Notes: generated from the letters alone by a model not told the origin. A stretch of DNA of 60,594 nucleotides from an uncultured delta proteobacterium (GCA_963803975.1 CAWDOY010000029.1:1-60594); one strand, 5' to 3'; shown: positions 43,435-53,777, numbered from the stretch's first letter. Numbers and translations are program-made.

Positions 43435-43457
43435 ATTAATATAAAAGGAGGGTTATT

Positions 43458-44435
43458 ATGAAAGCAAACAACAGCAATTCCGGGACTGAACTGCGAAGAA
43501 GAAATTTTCTCAAATGGGGAGGGGCGAGCCTGCTGACGCTGCCGTTCATGACAAAAGTCAAGCTTGCGTGCGGGGCCTCACCGGTACTGGGGACACAAAA
43601 AAACTACTGGTCAGACGCGGCAGGGAAAAAATATTGCGTGCAAAGCACCGTCTATGATGGAGAGGTCAAGCAGGGCTATATCTGGGCGCGAATTGACGGG
43701 TGGTGGAAACGCTTTCAGATCAGGAACATGGAGGAAACGTTCTGGACCTGGCATTATACGGAAATGCAGAAAAGTTTTGAACAGCAGCTGGCGGACACGC
43801 CGTACGAATACCGCGCCGGGGGTCCCCATAGTCCGTCGGTTGCCACCTATGGGAACCGGCGGGGACGCGGTGACAGCGATTTTCATATCAACAACAAAAT
43901 CATCGGGCTGCAGGGCGCACCCATACAGGCAAAAGTAAAAGAACTGAATGACACCATGCTCAAGATGATAGAAGATAACGAAGCGTATAAAACAAAGGTG
44001 GCATGGCTGAAAGACGTCCATGAGCAGGACATCTGGCGCAGGGAATTGCAGGTCGGTGTCGAATATTTCACGACCCCGGACTTTGAAACCCACACCTTTC
44101 TCAACCTTATGGAAAACCCGGTCGCGACCCTCTGCTTCCAGGGGCGCTATGATGTATTCACCAGTTTTGAAATACGCTGCATTGCGCAGATCGTTGACCC
44201 GCGGAACCCCGCCATTACGGAAGACCTGCGTGAATTAGTAAAGTACCCGGCCATACTCCACGGGTTCTATCACAATAATGTCCCCGAGATTCCGGCAGTT
44301 CTCTACTGGCCGGTTGAAGAGTATGATAACTCGGCGAAGGACAAGCCAGGCCAGCGGCTGGTGAAATTATTCGGGGAGAAGGTTAAAAAGTTCTTTGTCG
44401 TAGCAGGATGGGGCCGGCACCGTCGCTGTTCTTGA
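43458..44435 (+). CDS. Tat-exported protein with probable PNPOx-like split-barrel domain
   Basis: RRRNFLK twin-arginine motif; PSVAT, HTFLNLMENPVATLCF, SFEIRC. Confidence 0.6.
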   Translation: MKANNSNSGTELRRRNFLKWGGASLLTLPFMTKVKLACGASPVLGTQKNYWSDAAGKKYCVQSTVYDGEVKQGYIWARIDGWWKRFQIRNMEETFWTWHYTEMQKSFEQQLADTPYEYRAGGPHSPSVATYGNRRGRGDSDFHINNKIIGLQGAPIQAKVKELNDTMLKMIEDNEAYKTKVAWLKDVHEQDIWRRELQVGVEYFTTPDFETHTFLNLMENPVATLCFQGRYDVFTSFEIRCIAQIVDPRNPAITEDLRELVKYPAILHGFYHNNVPEIPAVLYWPVEEYDNSAKDKPGQRLVKLFGEKVKKFFVVAGWGRHRRCS

Positions 44436-44551
44436 ACGCACGGGGTTATTGACAGCACCGGTTTATTTGTATATGCTGCGCTGAAAAAAAGAGGGCTTCC
44501 CCTGGACCGGTTCCGGGATGAGGTAAATAAGAATAACCCTTAGGCAAACAC

Positions 44552-44810
44552 CTTGACCTCTATCAGTTTATATGCTGGTAGAGGTTTTTTTATTTTACAG
44601 CAGGCAGTCATTGCGAGTCGCACAAGCGACGCGGCAATCTCGTACTCGAACCGTAATTGCGATCCCGCCATAAATATAGATGAATTTCACTGGAGGGAGA
44701 AGATAAATCTTTTAAAGAAGGCAAGCGTTCTGGAGCTTTTCAAGGAAGAGGTTCAATAAGCATAATGCTTATGCAAACACTATGAGCGCGAACAATATAG
44801 ACTTTGGTAT
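44552..44810 (+). repeat. Composite repeat (terminator hairpin, REP, AT-rich leader, decayed antitoxin 3' end); second copy at 47731-47995
   Basis: CTTGACCTCTATCAGTTTATATGCTGGTAGAGGTTTTTTTATTTTACAGCAGGCAGTCATTGCGAGTCGCA is identical in both copies; downstream sequence resembles 42350-42460. Confidence 0.85.
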
Positions 44811-44812
44811 AG

Positions 44813-45214
44813 GTGAAATATAATAAAAAACAGGCAGTAACTGCAATTCGAAAAAATGATTACGAACAATTAAGGTATACTGGAAAACATAGACAAATAA
44901 GATCAAAAGAATTTACAAAGGAAATCACCTCGGAAGGTGATGATAGACTAAGAGTAAAAATCACTGTTGCAAAAGGCAAAGCCACCGATATTGTAGTTCA
45001 GTATGAATCCAAAATAAAAGACAAATGGTATGCAATCGTAAGATATGATTGCTCACACGGATTCTTTCACCGTGATGTAATGAGCCCCAAGGGTGCAAAG
45101 GAAAAGCACCTCATTCCCATTCAAAATCTCAATGACGCTTTAACCTATGCAGAGCAGGATATTAAGGACCGATGGGAATGGTATAGGGATAGATTCAAGA
45201 AAAGGATGAAATAA
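44813..45214 (+). CDS. Putative toxin (DUF6516/DUF7718-like)
   Basis: VVQYE...W.AIVRYDCSHGFFHRD; translationally coupled to the next small gene; true start may lie downstream. Confidence 0.55.
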   Translation: MKYNKKQAVTAIRKNDYEQLRYTGKHRQIRSKEFTKEITSEGDDRLRVKITVAKGKATDIVVQYESKIKDKWYAIVRYDCSHGFFHRDVMSPKGAKEKHLIPIQNLNDALTYAEQDIKDRWEWYRDRFKKRMK

Positions 45215-45423
45215 TGACCAAAAAAGAACTTGCCGACAAAAACATAGGTATGACATTTGATTTTATAAAACAACTGCTTGAGCACCCCGAAATAGTGGAT
45301 ACAATAAAAGATGGTGCCGAAGTACTTTACAGATATAGGACACGCCGATTAAAGAAAGGAGCAGGGAAAAAGAAGAAAAATTATGTCACATACGTGTCGG
45401 CCGTATATTTACGAATCATATAG
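45214..45423 (+). CDS. Putative antitoxin (DUF5647-like), C-terminus probably frameshifted
   Basis: KNIGMTFDFIKQLLEHPEIVDTIKDGAEV; TAATG overlap with the preceding gene. Confidence 0.5.
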   Translation: MTKKELADKNIGMTFDFIKQLLEHPEIVDTIKDGAEVLYRYRTRRLKKGAGKKKKNYVTYVSAVYLRII

Positions 45424-45582
45424 TGTGCTGTCCCTATTATCCGTATGTTAATCACGTGATCAAGCTTTGCCCAATGCAATCACCAGTTTTCTTGTCGATC
45501 AAAAACCAGATTTAGCGGGCGCTGTCCCTATTATCCCTTATATACGGATTCAATATGCGGCCTCACTTTGAATCCTATCGCA

Positions 45583-47583
45583 TCAGCCGGGATAGGCATG
45601 GGGATCGGTCGGCACTATCGGCGTTATATCCGGTCTGATCTCAGTCCAATTGAACTGGAAATTCTCTCCTGTGTGGCTCCCTGCTGGAATGACCCAGTTT
45701 GAAGGTAGAGAGTTTGTACCCGAAAGCGGAACGGTGAAGACACCGATCCACGGCTCCTGTCTTACCGCTCCTTCAGGTGAGGTGACGGTATCGGTTCCGG
45801 TAACTACGCTGCCAAGTATAAGCATGTAGGTTGCATTGGCCACGTTTGGATCAAGCTCAAATGTAATCATGCATTCCAGGCCGGGGAGCGGGGAACTTGC
45901 TAAATGCCCGGGGACAACTGGCGCATTTCCCTGTGCCTGCAACTCATGCTGATTACGATCGTCATCGGTCCAAGTACCGCTGATATCCCACTCCAATTGA
46001 CCTCTCTCTGCAAAAAAAGGGCAGATAAGTAAGGGGCCTGTTGCAGTTTCCGGATCTCCGTCCACTTCACTCCTCATCAGTTGCAGCGGAACGCGTCCTT
46101 CAAAATTGGCTGAGATTTCGCCTCTATATTTTCCCGCTTCGTTCACCTGGCAGGTGATGCTGCCGCTAAAGCCCCAAAGTCGCAACGGATTGCTTTCAAG
46201 GTTGTTGGCTCGTACCTTGATATCTCCGGTTGTGTTATCATTCGGCAAGTATGCAACAATACGGTCCTCATCCCATAAGAGAATCTGTGCGAGCGGCTGG
46301 TTGTTAAACAGCAGCTCACCGCGATCGGGTCCGAAGTAACCGGACAGATTAATGCTGGGATTTGTCACTCCTGCCCTCGCGTCCGGCCACAAGTAGTAGC
46401 CGGTGCTAATCACCGGGCGGGCAGTAACGGCAGTGCCTGTGGTGGGGTAATAAACCAGCCGGGAGCCTCCTGGCTGACTGGTGCGTCCTTCATCATAAAG
46501 GTGTGTGTAAATCTGCTGGGCGGTAAATGGTCTGGTGGGAGGATGAAGGTCGTCTGCCTCCACTTGGCTCAAACCGCAGAGACGGTCAAAGAAGTAAGCA
46601 GCGGTTTCTGCTCCATAGCGGCGCGGTACAAGATTCTCCCACCCCAAGATCATCTGTGCCCCGCAACTCACAAGCGTAGCTGCTGTTCTATTTGGATCAG
46701 TAGTATTGTCAAGGGTGTGACAGGCATCAAGATAGATTATGCTGTTAGGAAGAGCAGCGGCAGCGGGATTGTCTGGATTACCGGCCTGGTAGTGGTATCT
46801 GAAAAAGCGGGAGGTAACTGCAAAGGTTCGATACCTTGAAGTAGTACTGTATACAAGGCGGCGTGCATCCGTTGACAGATCTGACTCGTATGGGTTACCC
46901 GTTACACCTGATTCTACATAGGGGGTTGAGGTATAGATATACTCGAACTGCTCACCGGCTTCAGGGTGTCCGTCAGAGTCCGGATAGGTATCTACACCGC
47001 CATGGCCTGATAGATATATTAATCCATACTGATTCCAGCTTCTAAACCATTCAAGAGTTGGTTCTTGAAGACCTGCTTCCGTATACCCTGCAGCTCTATA
47101 CGCTTGCAGAATCTGCTGGACTGACGAGCGGATATCTGCACCCGAACTCGGGTAGACTGCTGCAGTTGCCGCTGGTGATTGCTGATTCGGGAAACCGGAA
47201 AATATTCTGGGATTGGAACCTGTGCTGTACGTGTTCACTGCTGCACCAGATTCCTCAGATCTTTCATCTTCTGGTTCACAGTAAAAGACATGCAAAACAC
47301 CGGAGCGATACAGCACTGTAAAGTATTCAGGGTTATCACTAAGCTGTGCTACCTCCACTTCCTCGAGATTTTGCACATAATCAATAAAACTAGCTGCTTC
47401 AGTCGGCCATTCGCCAGATTGGCATAGGTCCTGGAAAAGATCACTGGCCTGGTCAGCCGCTTCGACAGTCGGATACAATGGGCCCCGTTTTGCGACATCG
47501 CAGCCATGCAGAAACATACATAGTAAAAGCATAGCAACACTCAGCCGGGCCATATCATATAAATTGTTTAAATTGTTCATCAC
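45583..47583 (-). CDS. Lipoprotein with caspase/gingipain-like His-Cys motifs and an IPT/TIG-like domain
   Basis: LHGC lipobox; IYLSGHGG...IIYLDACHT; GYFG...WDEDRIVAYLP...ESNP. Confidence 0.65.
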   Translation of the reverse strand: MMNNLNNLYDMARLSVAMLLLCMFLHGCDVAKRGPLYPTVEAADQASDLFQDLCQSGEWPTEAASFIDYVQNLEEVEVAQLSDNPEYFTVLYRSGVLHVFYCEPEDERSEESGAAVNTYSTGSNPRIFSGFPNQQSPAATAAVYPSSGADIRSSVQQILQAYRAAGYTEAGLQEPTLEWFRSWNQYGLIYLSGHGGVDTYPDSDGHPEAGEQFEYIYTSTPYVESGVTGNPYESDLSTDARRLVYSTTSRYRTFAVTSRFFRYHYQAGNPDNPAAAALPNSIIYLDACHTLDNTTDPNRTAATLVSCGAQMILGWENLVPRRYGAETAAYFFDRLCGLSQVEADDLHPPTRPFTAQQIYTHLYDEGRTSQPGGSRLVYYPTTGTAVTARPVISTGYYLWPDARAGVTNPSINLSGYFGPDRGELLFNNQPLAQILLWDEDRIVAYLPNDNTTGDIKVRANNLESNPLRLWGFSGSITCQVNEAGKYRGEISANFEGRVPLQLMRSEVDGDPETATGPLLICPFFAERGQLEWDISGTWTDDDRNQHELQAQGNAPVVPGHLASSPLPGLECMITFELDPNVANATYMLILGSVVTGTDTVTSPEGAVRQEPWIGVFTVPLSGTNSLPSNWVIPAGSHTGENFQFNWTEIRPDITPIVPTDPHAYPG

Positions 47584-47649
47584 GCACCTCCCCAGTTTCC
47601 TGTGAAGAAACCGTCTGCAAGTTTAACATATAGCCTAAGTAGGGTTCTA

Positions 47650-47718
47650 GGGTCAAATCTTTATCTTGACAAAAGACTTTTTCAACGACCATGAAATGTC
47701 AAGATAAAGATTTGACCC
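47650..47718. repeat. 22-bp perfect inverted repeat with 25-bp spacer
   Basis: GGGTCAAATCTTTATCTTGACA / TGTCAAGATAAAGATTTGACCC. Confidence 0.85.
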
Positions 47719-48185
47719 CCATTCACCCGCTTGACCTCTATCAGTTTATATGCTGGTAGAGGTTTTTTTATTTTACAGCAGGCAGTCATTGCGAGTCGCA
47801 GAAGCGACGCGGCAATCTCCTGTTCTGGACAACCCTAAATAATAATATAATTGAATTTCACTGTCGGGAGAAGATAAATCTTTTAAGCATGACAAGCGCG
47901 GAATTTCTCACGGAAGAGGCCCGGAAGCATATAACGCAATACCAGAAAATGACCAGAAGGCTTCTTGACGAATACACAGCTCACCAGATGTAGGCTTCAA
48001 AATAGAAAAGTGTCTCCGGCTCTTTTAAAAGTGTCCGCGTTAAATACCCCGCAAGTGTTATTGCAACGTAAGTAACTACGTCCCCAAAGTCCCCAATGCT
48101 TATGATTATCTCGTATTGATGATAGATTAATGTTCATAACAGAATTTTCTATTTATGGGAAAATGGGGACAGCACCTTGAAATGT

Positions 48186-48245
48186 AAATCCGGGGCATAA
48201 ATCCGGAAATCCGGAAATCCGGGAAATCCGGGAAATCCGGGGACA
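48186..48245 (+). repeat. Tandem AAATCCGG(G) repeats ending in GGGGACA
   Basis: Six AAATCCGG units are visible. Confidence 0.8.
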
Positions 48246-48347
48246 CCATACTGGTTTTTTGCTTCTCTGAAAATAAGGGACTTCCCGTATTGTTTAGCAA
48301 TCACAACTGCGCCCGTTATTTTAAATGCAGCCTGCAGCCGTAAGCTC

Positions 48348-48554
48348 TCAGCTTTCTGCCAGAATAGCCAACTTGGAGCGTTTGCCGGCATATTCCAGAG
48401 CAGGGATTTTCGCACGGTCAAGCGCCTGCACATCAAACTTTTCGGCTGTGCCCGGAAAAAGCTTGGGCAGCAAATTCGGCTGCGGTTCAACGCCTTTATT
48501 GATTGCCTCAATTAGACCGGCTTTTTCTTCTGACGTTAGATTAACTTTAACCAT
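48348..48554 (-). pseudogene. Probable N-terminal fragment of a type III-like DNA methyltransferase
   Basis: LIEAINKG...LFP...LEYAGKRSKLAILAE resembles Mod N-termini; truncated after ~68 aa. Confidence 0.4.
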
Positions 48555-48905
48555 TTATCCTCCATGCGCCGCCACGGGCGGCACCGACACGCGCGACTGC
48601 GCCTTTTTCTTTAAGTTTTTTTAGATTCTTCTCCACCGCCGTTGTGCTGATGCCTAGTTTTTCGGCCATCACCGGTATAGCAATAAACTTGTCGCCCGCG
48701 ATCAACGCCAGATTCTTCTTTTCGTTTCACTCAACCTTTCCCCGACCTTTCACCCAACTCTTTCACCCAACTCCGCCTTGCGGAGAAAACGGAAAGACCG
48801 CCGAACTCTTCGCGAAATTCCGGTTCGGGCAATCCGGCCTTTTTACATTCGTCCACAATCTTGATCGTGCCGCGTCCCCAGGCTTCGATCATGCCCGCTC
48901 ACCTT
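48547..48905 (-). pseudogene. C-terminal fragment of an HATPase_c_4/HTH (RecG-like C-terminus) ATP-binding protein
   Basis: GMIEAWGRGTIKIVDECKKAGLPEPEF...RVGAARGGAWRING*; frameshifted, no N-terminus. Confidence 0.6.
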
Positions 48906-49042
48906 GAATCATGGCTCGTGACTCGGGGTTCGGGACTCGTAATAAAAAAGGTACCTCTCGACTGCGCTCGGTGAAGGCATAGGGACGCAAAAAAAACAAG
49001 CTAAGTTCCCTTTTCAGATCAGCAAGCTGCCTCGCTGGGCAA

Positions 49043-50159
49043 TCATTTTTTCCCCTCCAATTCCGCCTCGATCTCCTCCACCGTCGGCAGGCTGCCTTTG
49101 AGCTCCTTGGGCAGGCTCTTGACGATCCGGGTTTCCCACTCGGCCACGCCGATGGGCCGGTCGAAACCGCGCAGGGCGTACTCGACGATCAGTTTTGTTC
49201 TTAGAGCGGCAGAGCAGCAGTCCGATGGTCGGCTTGTCGTCCGGATGGCGAAGCAGGTCGTCCACGGCGGAGAGGTACATGTTCATCTTGCCGACGAAGC
49301 CGGGGTCGAAGGGGACGGCCTTGAGTTCCACCACGACGTAGCAGCGGAGCTTCAGATGGTAGAAGAGCAGATCGAGATAGAAGTCTGGTCACCCGATCTC
49401 CAGATGGACCTGTCGGCCGACGAAGGCGAAGCCCGCGCCGAGTTCCAGCAGGAAGCGCTGGATGTGGTCGACCAGGGCCTGCTCGACCTCCCGCTCGCGG
49501 CGCGGGTCGGCGGTGCCGAGGAAGTCGAACAGGTAGGGGTCCTTGAAGACCTGGGCGGCCATGTCCGATTCGGCGGGCGGCAGGGTGAGCGGCGAAGTTG
49601 TTGACGGCCTTGCCCTGGCGCTCGTGGGCGTTGGCTTCGATCTGCAGTTTCAGGATGTTTGGGACCAGCCGTAAAGGGCGCTTTGACGGGCATACCAGAG
49701 CCGCTCGGGGGGTATCGCAGCGTTCGAGCAGTGCAAGATGGTGATACCAGGGAATTTGTGCAACGAGCCGTTGCACAATTGCCGCATCCGGCCACGCAGC
49801 CGCAAAAGCCCGCATGTACTTGAGGTTGCGGGGCGAAAGGCCGCGTCATGTCCGGAAACGCCTCGCGCAGGTCGGCGGAAAGGCGGTCAATGACCTTGGC
49901 GCCCCAGCCTTCCTTCTCCTGGCGGTCCAGGATCATCCGTCCGATGTCCCAGTACAGCAGGACCATGGCCGAGTTGGCGGCAAGGACAGTCCGGAGGCGT
50001 TCCGTGCGGATGCGTTGCTTGATTTCACCCAGCACCGCTCCATAACTTTCGGGCAGGCCAACGTGCGAAGGCGGCAGGGGAAAGAGGTATTGCCTCTTGT
50101 TCGCCCTCGCGATACACTCACGCCGGGCGTGACCTGAACGGGTTTCTTCGTTTTTTCAT
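49043..50159 (-). CDS. DUF1016 (YhcG-like) PD-(D/E)XK nuclease protein, multiply frameshifted
   Basis: LLYWDIG, WGAKVIDRLSADL, IPWYHH, VELK, GKMNMYL, PTIGLLLC, LPTVEEIEAEL; visibly more GC-rich than its flanks. Confidence 0.85.
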
Positions 50160-50190
50160 ATCCCCAACTCCTCGAAGTTCTCCTGAATCT
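50156..50190 (-). pseudogene. Last codons of a type I R-M HsdM-like gene
   Basis: IQENFEELGI* with ATGA overlap to the DUF1016 start. Confidence 0.4.
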
Positions 50191-50455
50191 TTATGAAATC
50201 CGGGGACATCATCTCTGGGTGAGCAAAATTTTTAAACACCTTTTTCAGTTATATTATACCAACCGCATTTTTTTCGCTTCATAGTAGCTTTCAGCCATCA
50301 GCAATCGCAGAAGCGCAGCTCGTGTCCCGGGGAGCTTGACTCGTGACTCGGGGTTCGAGATTCGTGCAAAATATCTTTCTTTATTTTGGGATATGCCTTT
50401 GTCATATCCGGTCAAAATCAGTTTGGATATTTATCTTGATGTTTGTTTTTCCTGA

Positions 50456-51442
50456 TCAGAGATTTCGTTGTAGGCCTTTAAGCATGGCCAGGGCTTCTGC
50501 ATGGATCTCATCTTTAAGAGACTTTGGCTCAAGCACCTCTGCCCGTGCCCCCCAGCTCATGATCCAGGAGATAAGCTCAGGTGTCTGTGCGACGTCTGCC
50601 TCAAAAATAATGGAGCCATCTTTCTGCTGATGAATTGCCTGGCTCTCATGCCAGGTTCTCTCTTGTATGTACCCGGCAACTTCAGGTGAAAACCAGATTT
50701 TAATTTTTTCAGGAACTCCCCTCACCACCCCAAAGGCTGACCCCATGTAGCTGTCCAGACTGAAATCCCCGGGCACCACAAAGTTTTCATCTGTAACGTG
50801 GACCAGTTTGATCCGGTCAAGGGCAAAGGTCCGTACGTCTTTGCGCAGATGGCAGTAACCTATTATGTAAAACGTCCCGTTGAAGAACAGTATCCGGTAG
50901 GGATCAACTTTTCGCTTTGTCTTCTTTTTGCGCCCCATGGTGAAGTAGATCATCTCCAGGGTTTTTCTCCTGAGCGCTGCATCATTGACGCTTTTTATGA
51001 TCTCTTTGAACGTGCTGTACTGCTTGTGCTGCTTCTGGCTTACGAAGACTGTTTCCTGAACTGTTTTCAGGAATTTTATGGATTCTGGCGGGATGGTGGT
51101 CCGTATCTTCTGGAACAGTGACTCAAGAGAGTCATGGAAGACCGTGCTCTGCAGGAACTTCATCAAGTCACAGCTGAAATAAAGGGACAGAAGCTCGGTG
51201 AAGGTAAAGGGGATGGGGATGTGGTGCTTCAGGGTGTCAAGGATGGACCAGAGATTTTTACCTTCTACCCGCTCGGTGTAGAGCGGAAACCCTGCAGCCT
51301 GCAGGGCATCGAGGTCCCGGTACACAGAGCGCGGATGGCAGTCAAGCTCATCGGCAAGTTCTGCTGCAGACTTACCGGTGTGGGATGAAATAAGTGTCTC
51401 TATAATCCGCCATTGTCTGGCTAACTGGTCGCCTCTCGCCAT
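50456..51442 (-). CDS. WYL-domain transcriptional regulator (HTH-WYL-WCX)
   Basis: RSVYRDLDAL, RKVDPY, FYIIGYC, RTFALDRI, WIMSWGARAEVLEP. Confidence 0.93.
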   Translation of the reverse strand: MARGDQLARQWRIIETLISSHTGKSAAELADELDCHPRSVYRDLDALQAAGFPLYTERVEGKNLWSILDTLKHHIPIPFTFTELLSLYFSCDLMKFLQSTVFHDSLESLFQKIRTTIPPESIKFLKTVQETVFVSQKQHKQYSTFKEIIKSVNDAALRRKTLEMIYFTMGRKKKTKRKVDPYRILFFNGTFYIIGYCHLRKDVRTFALDRIKLVHVTDENFVVPGDFSLDSYMGSAFGVVRGVPEKIKIWFSPEVAGYIQERTWHESQAIHQQKDGSIIFEADVAQTPELISWIMSWGARAEVLEPKSLKDEIHAEALAMLKGLQRNL

Positions 51443-51610
51443 AGCACCCCTCTGAAACGACAAAAATCGATAATTTTTAATAAAGTATCCTAATTTGATT
51501 TTTAAAACAATAAAAAGATCTTTTGTACCCCATTCCGGCAGATAGGAATCTCAATTTTAAAACTGTCCTATAAATGAGCCCTTCAAAATCAGCAAAAATA
51601 TTTATTTCAC

Positions 51611-51644
51611 TTTGACCGTATCTGACAAACTCACCCTGTATAAT
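51611..51644 (+). promoter_or_regulatory. Candidate WYL-activated promoter
   Basis: TTTGACCGTATCTGACAA-N10-TATAAT; inverted copy at 50383-50416. Confidence 0.6.
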
Positions 51645-51677
51645 CGGGCCATAACAATAAAAAAGGAGGAACCTTTT

Positions 51678-52680
51678 ATGCACAAACCAATTAATGACTA
51701 TGTAGCAAAGTTACAAATCAGCACCAAACAGTCCTACAAAAACCTGTCCATGTATCCGCTCATCTGTCCGGACAATATTGAGCTTGACTATCTGCTGCTG
51801 GATGAAGCGCTTGCCGGAAGTGTCCTTGACATTGTTGAGGTGAACCAGGGAGGCTCAGTACCAGACCTCAAAGTGGTAAACAAGGCAGGGAAAATGGTCC
51901 TGCTGCTTGACGGCGAGGAGCTGGTGGGTGCCAAGCAGAACCGGATCATCAACACCACAATACTTATTGCTGCAAACTCTACAACGACTATACCGGTGAG
52001 CTGTGTTGAGCAGGGGCGCTGGTCGTACCGGAGCAATAAAGTTTTCACAGCGAGGAGCGGGTAATGTCACCCATGATGCGGTCACATAAGGCCGAGCAGG
52101 TCCATAACTCAAAGAAATTCAATAACACTTATTGCGCAGACCAGGGAGCAATCTGGAGTGAAATAGACGAAAAAGCACGGCGCATGAAAGCCATGTCAGC
52201 CACAGGGGCAATGGCAGATATCTATGAGAAAGAGAAACCGTCTATAGATGAATATGTGAAACAGTTCAGCCTTACTGATAATCAGGCAGGGGCGGTGTTC
52301 CTGATTAATGGAAAAGTGGTGGGGCTTGACAGCTTCGGGAAGCAGAGCACCTTCTCCCGGGTTTTTAAGAAACTGATCGAAAGCTATGCCCTTGATGCAA
52401 TTGACTGGCTGGAAGAGGGCAAAAAAGAAAAGAAAGCTGAAGATGGTGTGACAGCATTTCTTGAAACAGTGCGTTCAGCAAAGTCAGAAAGCAGCCCCTC
52501 GGTAGCGCTGGGCAAGGATGTGCGGCTGGAGTCTGACACTACAATCGGCTTTGCCCTGGAATATGAGAATGCGCTTCTGCATTTGTCAGCCTTTGCACGG
52601 GAGAAGAAGGATAATCAGGATGCACCTCACTCCCGGATGGAGCGCTCCTCACGGAGGTCAGAATTCAGGGGGAATTATGA
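51678..52680 (+). CDS. ARPP-1 (DUF6569) family protein, frameshifted near 52040
   Basis: GSVPDL, LLLDGEELVGAKQNR, IPVSCVEQGRW, DQGAIW, LIESYALDA. Confidence 0.85.
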
Positions 52681-52838
52681 AAAAGAGACATATAGTACCA
52701 GACGAGTATTGCTCCAATTGTGGCAAAATAATAACAGAAGCAGAGTATTCGTCAGGGAAATGTTTGAATTGTGGCGGTGTCATTATTCCTGTGGAGGTGT
52801 TACTTGAAGATGATTTTTTTATGGAAGGTTTATTTTAA
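52677..52838 (+). CDS. Small zinc-ribbon protein
   Basis: CSNCG...CLNCG; coupled to the upstream gene. Confidence 0.55.
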   Translation: MKKRHIVPDEYCSNCGKIITEAEYSSGKCLNCGGVIIPVEVLLEDDFFMEGLF

Positions 52839-52868
52839 ACTCACGCCGCTTAAAGGAGGTGTAATTAT

Positions 52869-53697
52869 ATGTATCTCTTTGTCTACGGAACCTTTTGTAA
52901 GGGCCTTTCCAGAAATTCTATTCTCCAAAATACTGAATATCTGGGAATAGCTTCCTGCAAGGGTAAAGCTGTTAAATATTGGAGCTTATCCTGCCTTGAT
53001 TCAGGGTAATGAAAAAGTCATAGGAGAGGTTTATAAGATTGATCCTGAAGCTCTGCTGCCAAAACTTGATAAAATAGAGGGCTATAGCAAAAATAGCGAG
53101 GCCGGGTCTTTATATATAAGAAGGAAAACTTTGGCAACTCTGTTTTCAACCGGTGACAATGTTGACGTATCCCTCTATTACTTTAACAAAGCTCCAAAAA
53201 AATATCCGCCTATAAGCTGCGGTGATTACCGGAGATATCTTTTGGACCAGAATACGTCTCCGGTTTATTACCTGGCATACGGGTCTAATTTATCTACATC
53301 AAGACTGAAAGGACGGATAGGCAGCTGGGGTAAAACAATAACGGGGTCCATTCCTGATTACCGATTGGTCTACAATAAGGATGATGGTACCGGTCATGCT
53401 TACGCTAACATAACGGTGCGGACGATGGATAAACGCTGTCCTGCGGTTGCTTATGAGGTCAGCAGAGAAAGTATTTTATTTTTGGATGGATGCGAGGGAG
53501 TACACAATAATCACTATATTCGAACCGTGCTTCCATTTAAAAGCGATTCGGGAGAGGAAATCATGGGCTATGTTTATATAGCAACTCCTGAAAAACTTGT
53601 ATGGGGGAAAAAGCCAACTGAAAAATACAGAGAGCACCTTTTAGATGGTTATATGGAGCATAACCTGGGTAAATTAGAATTATATGAGTCTTGTTGA
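52869..53697 (+). CDS. Tandem gamma-glutamylcyclotransferase (GGCT/AIG2-like) domain protein, frameshifted near 52965
   Basis: MYLFVYGT...GAYPAL...GEVY...LDKIEG; second domain YLAYGSNL...LDGCEG; RBS AAGGAGG. Confidence 0.85.
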
Positions 53698-53777
53698 GAA
53701 ATTTTATGGGTATTTTTAACGCAGAGGGAACAAGAAAAACAGGTGATATTAAGAAGTGCTGAAGGAGGTGAAACAGA

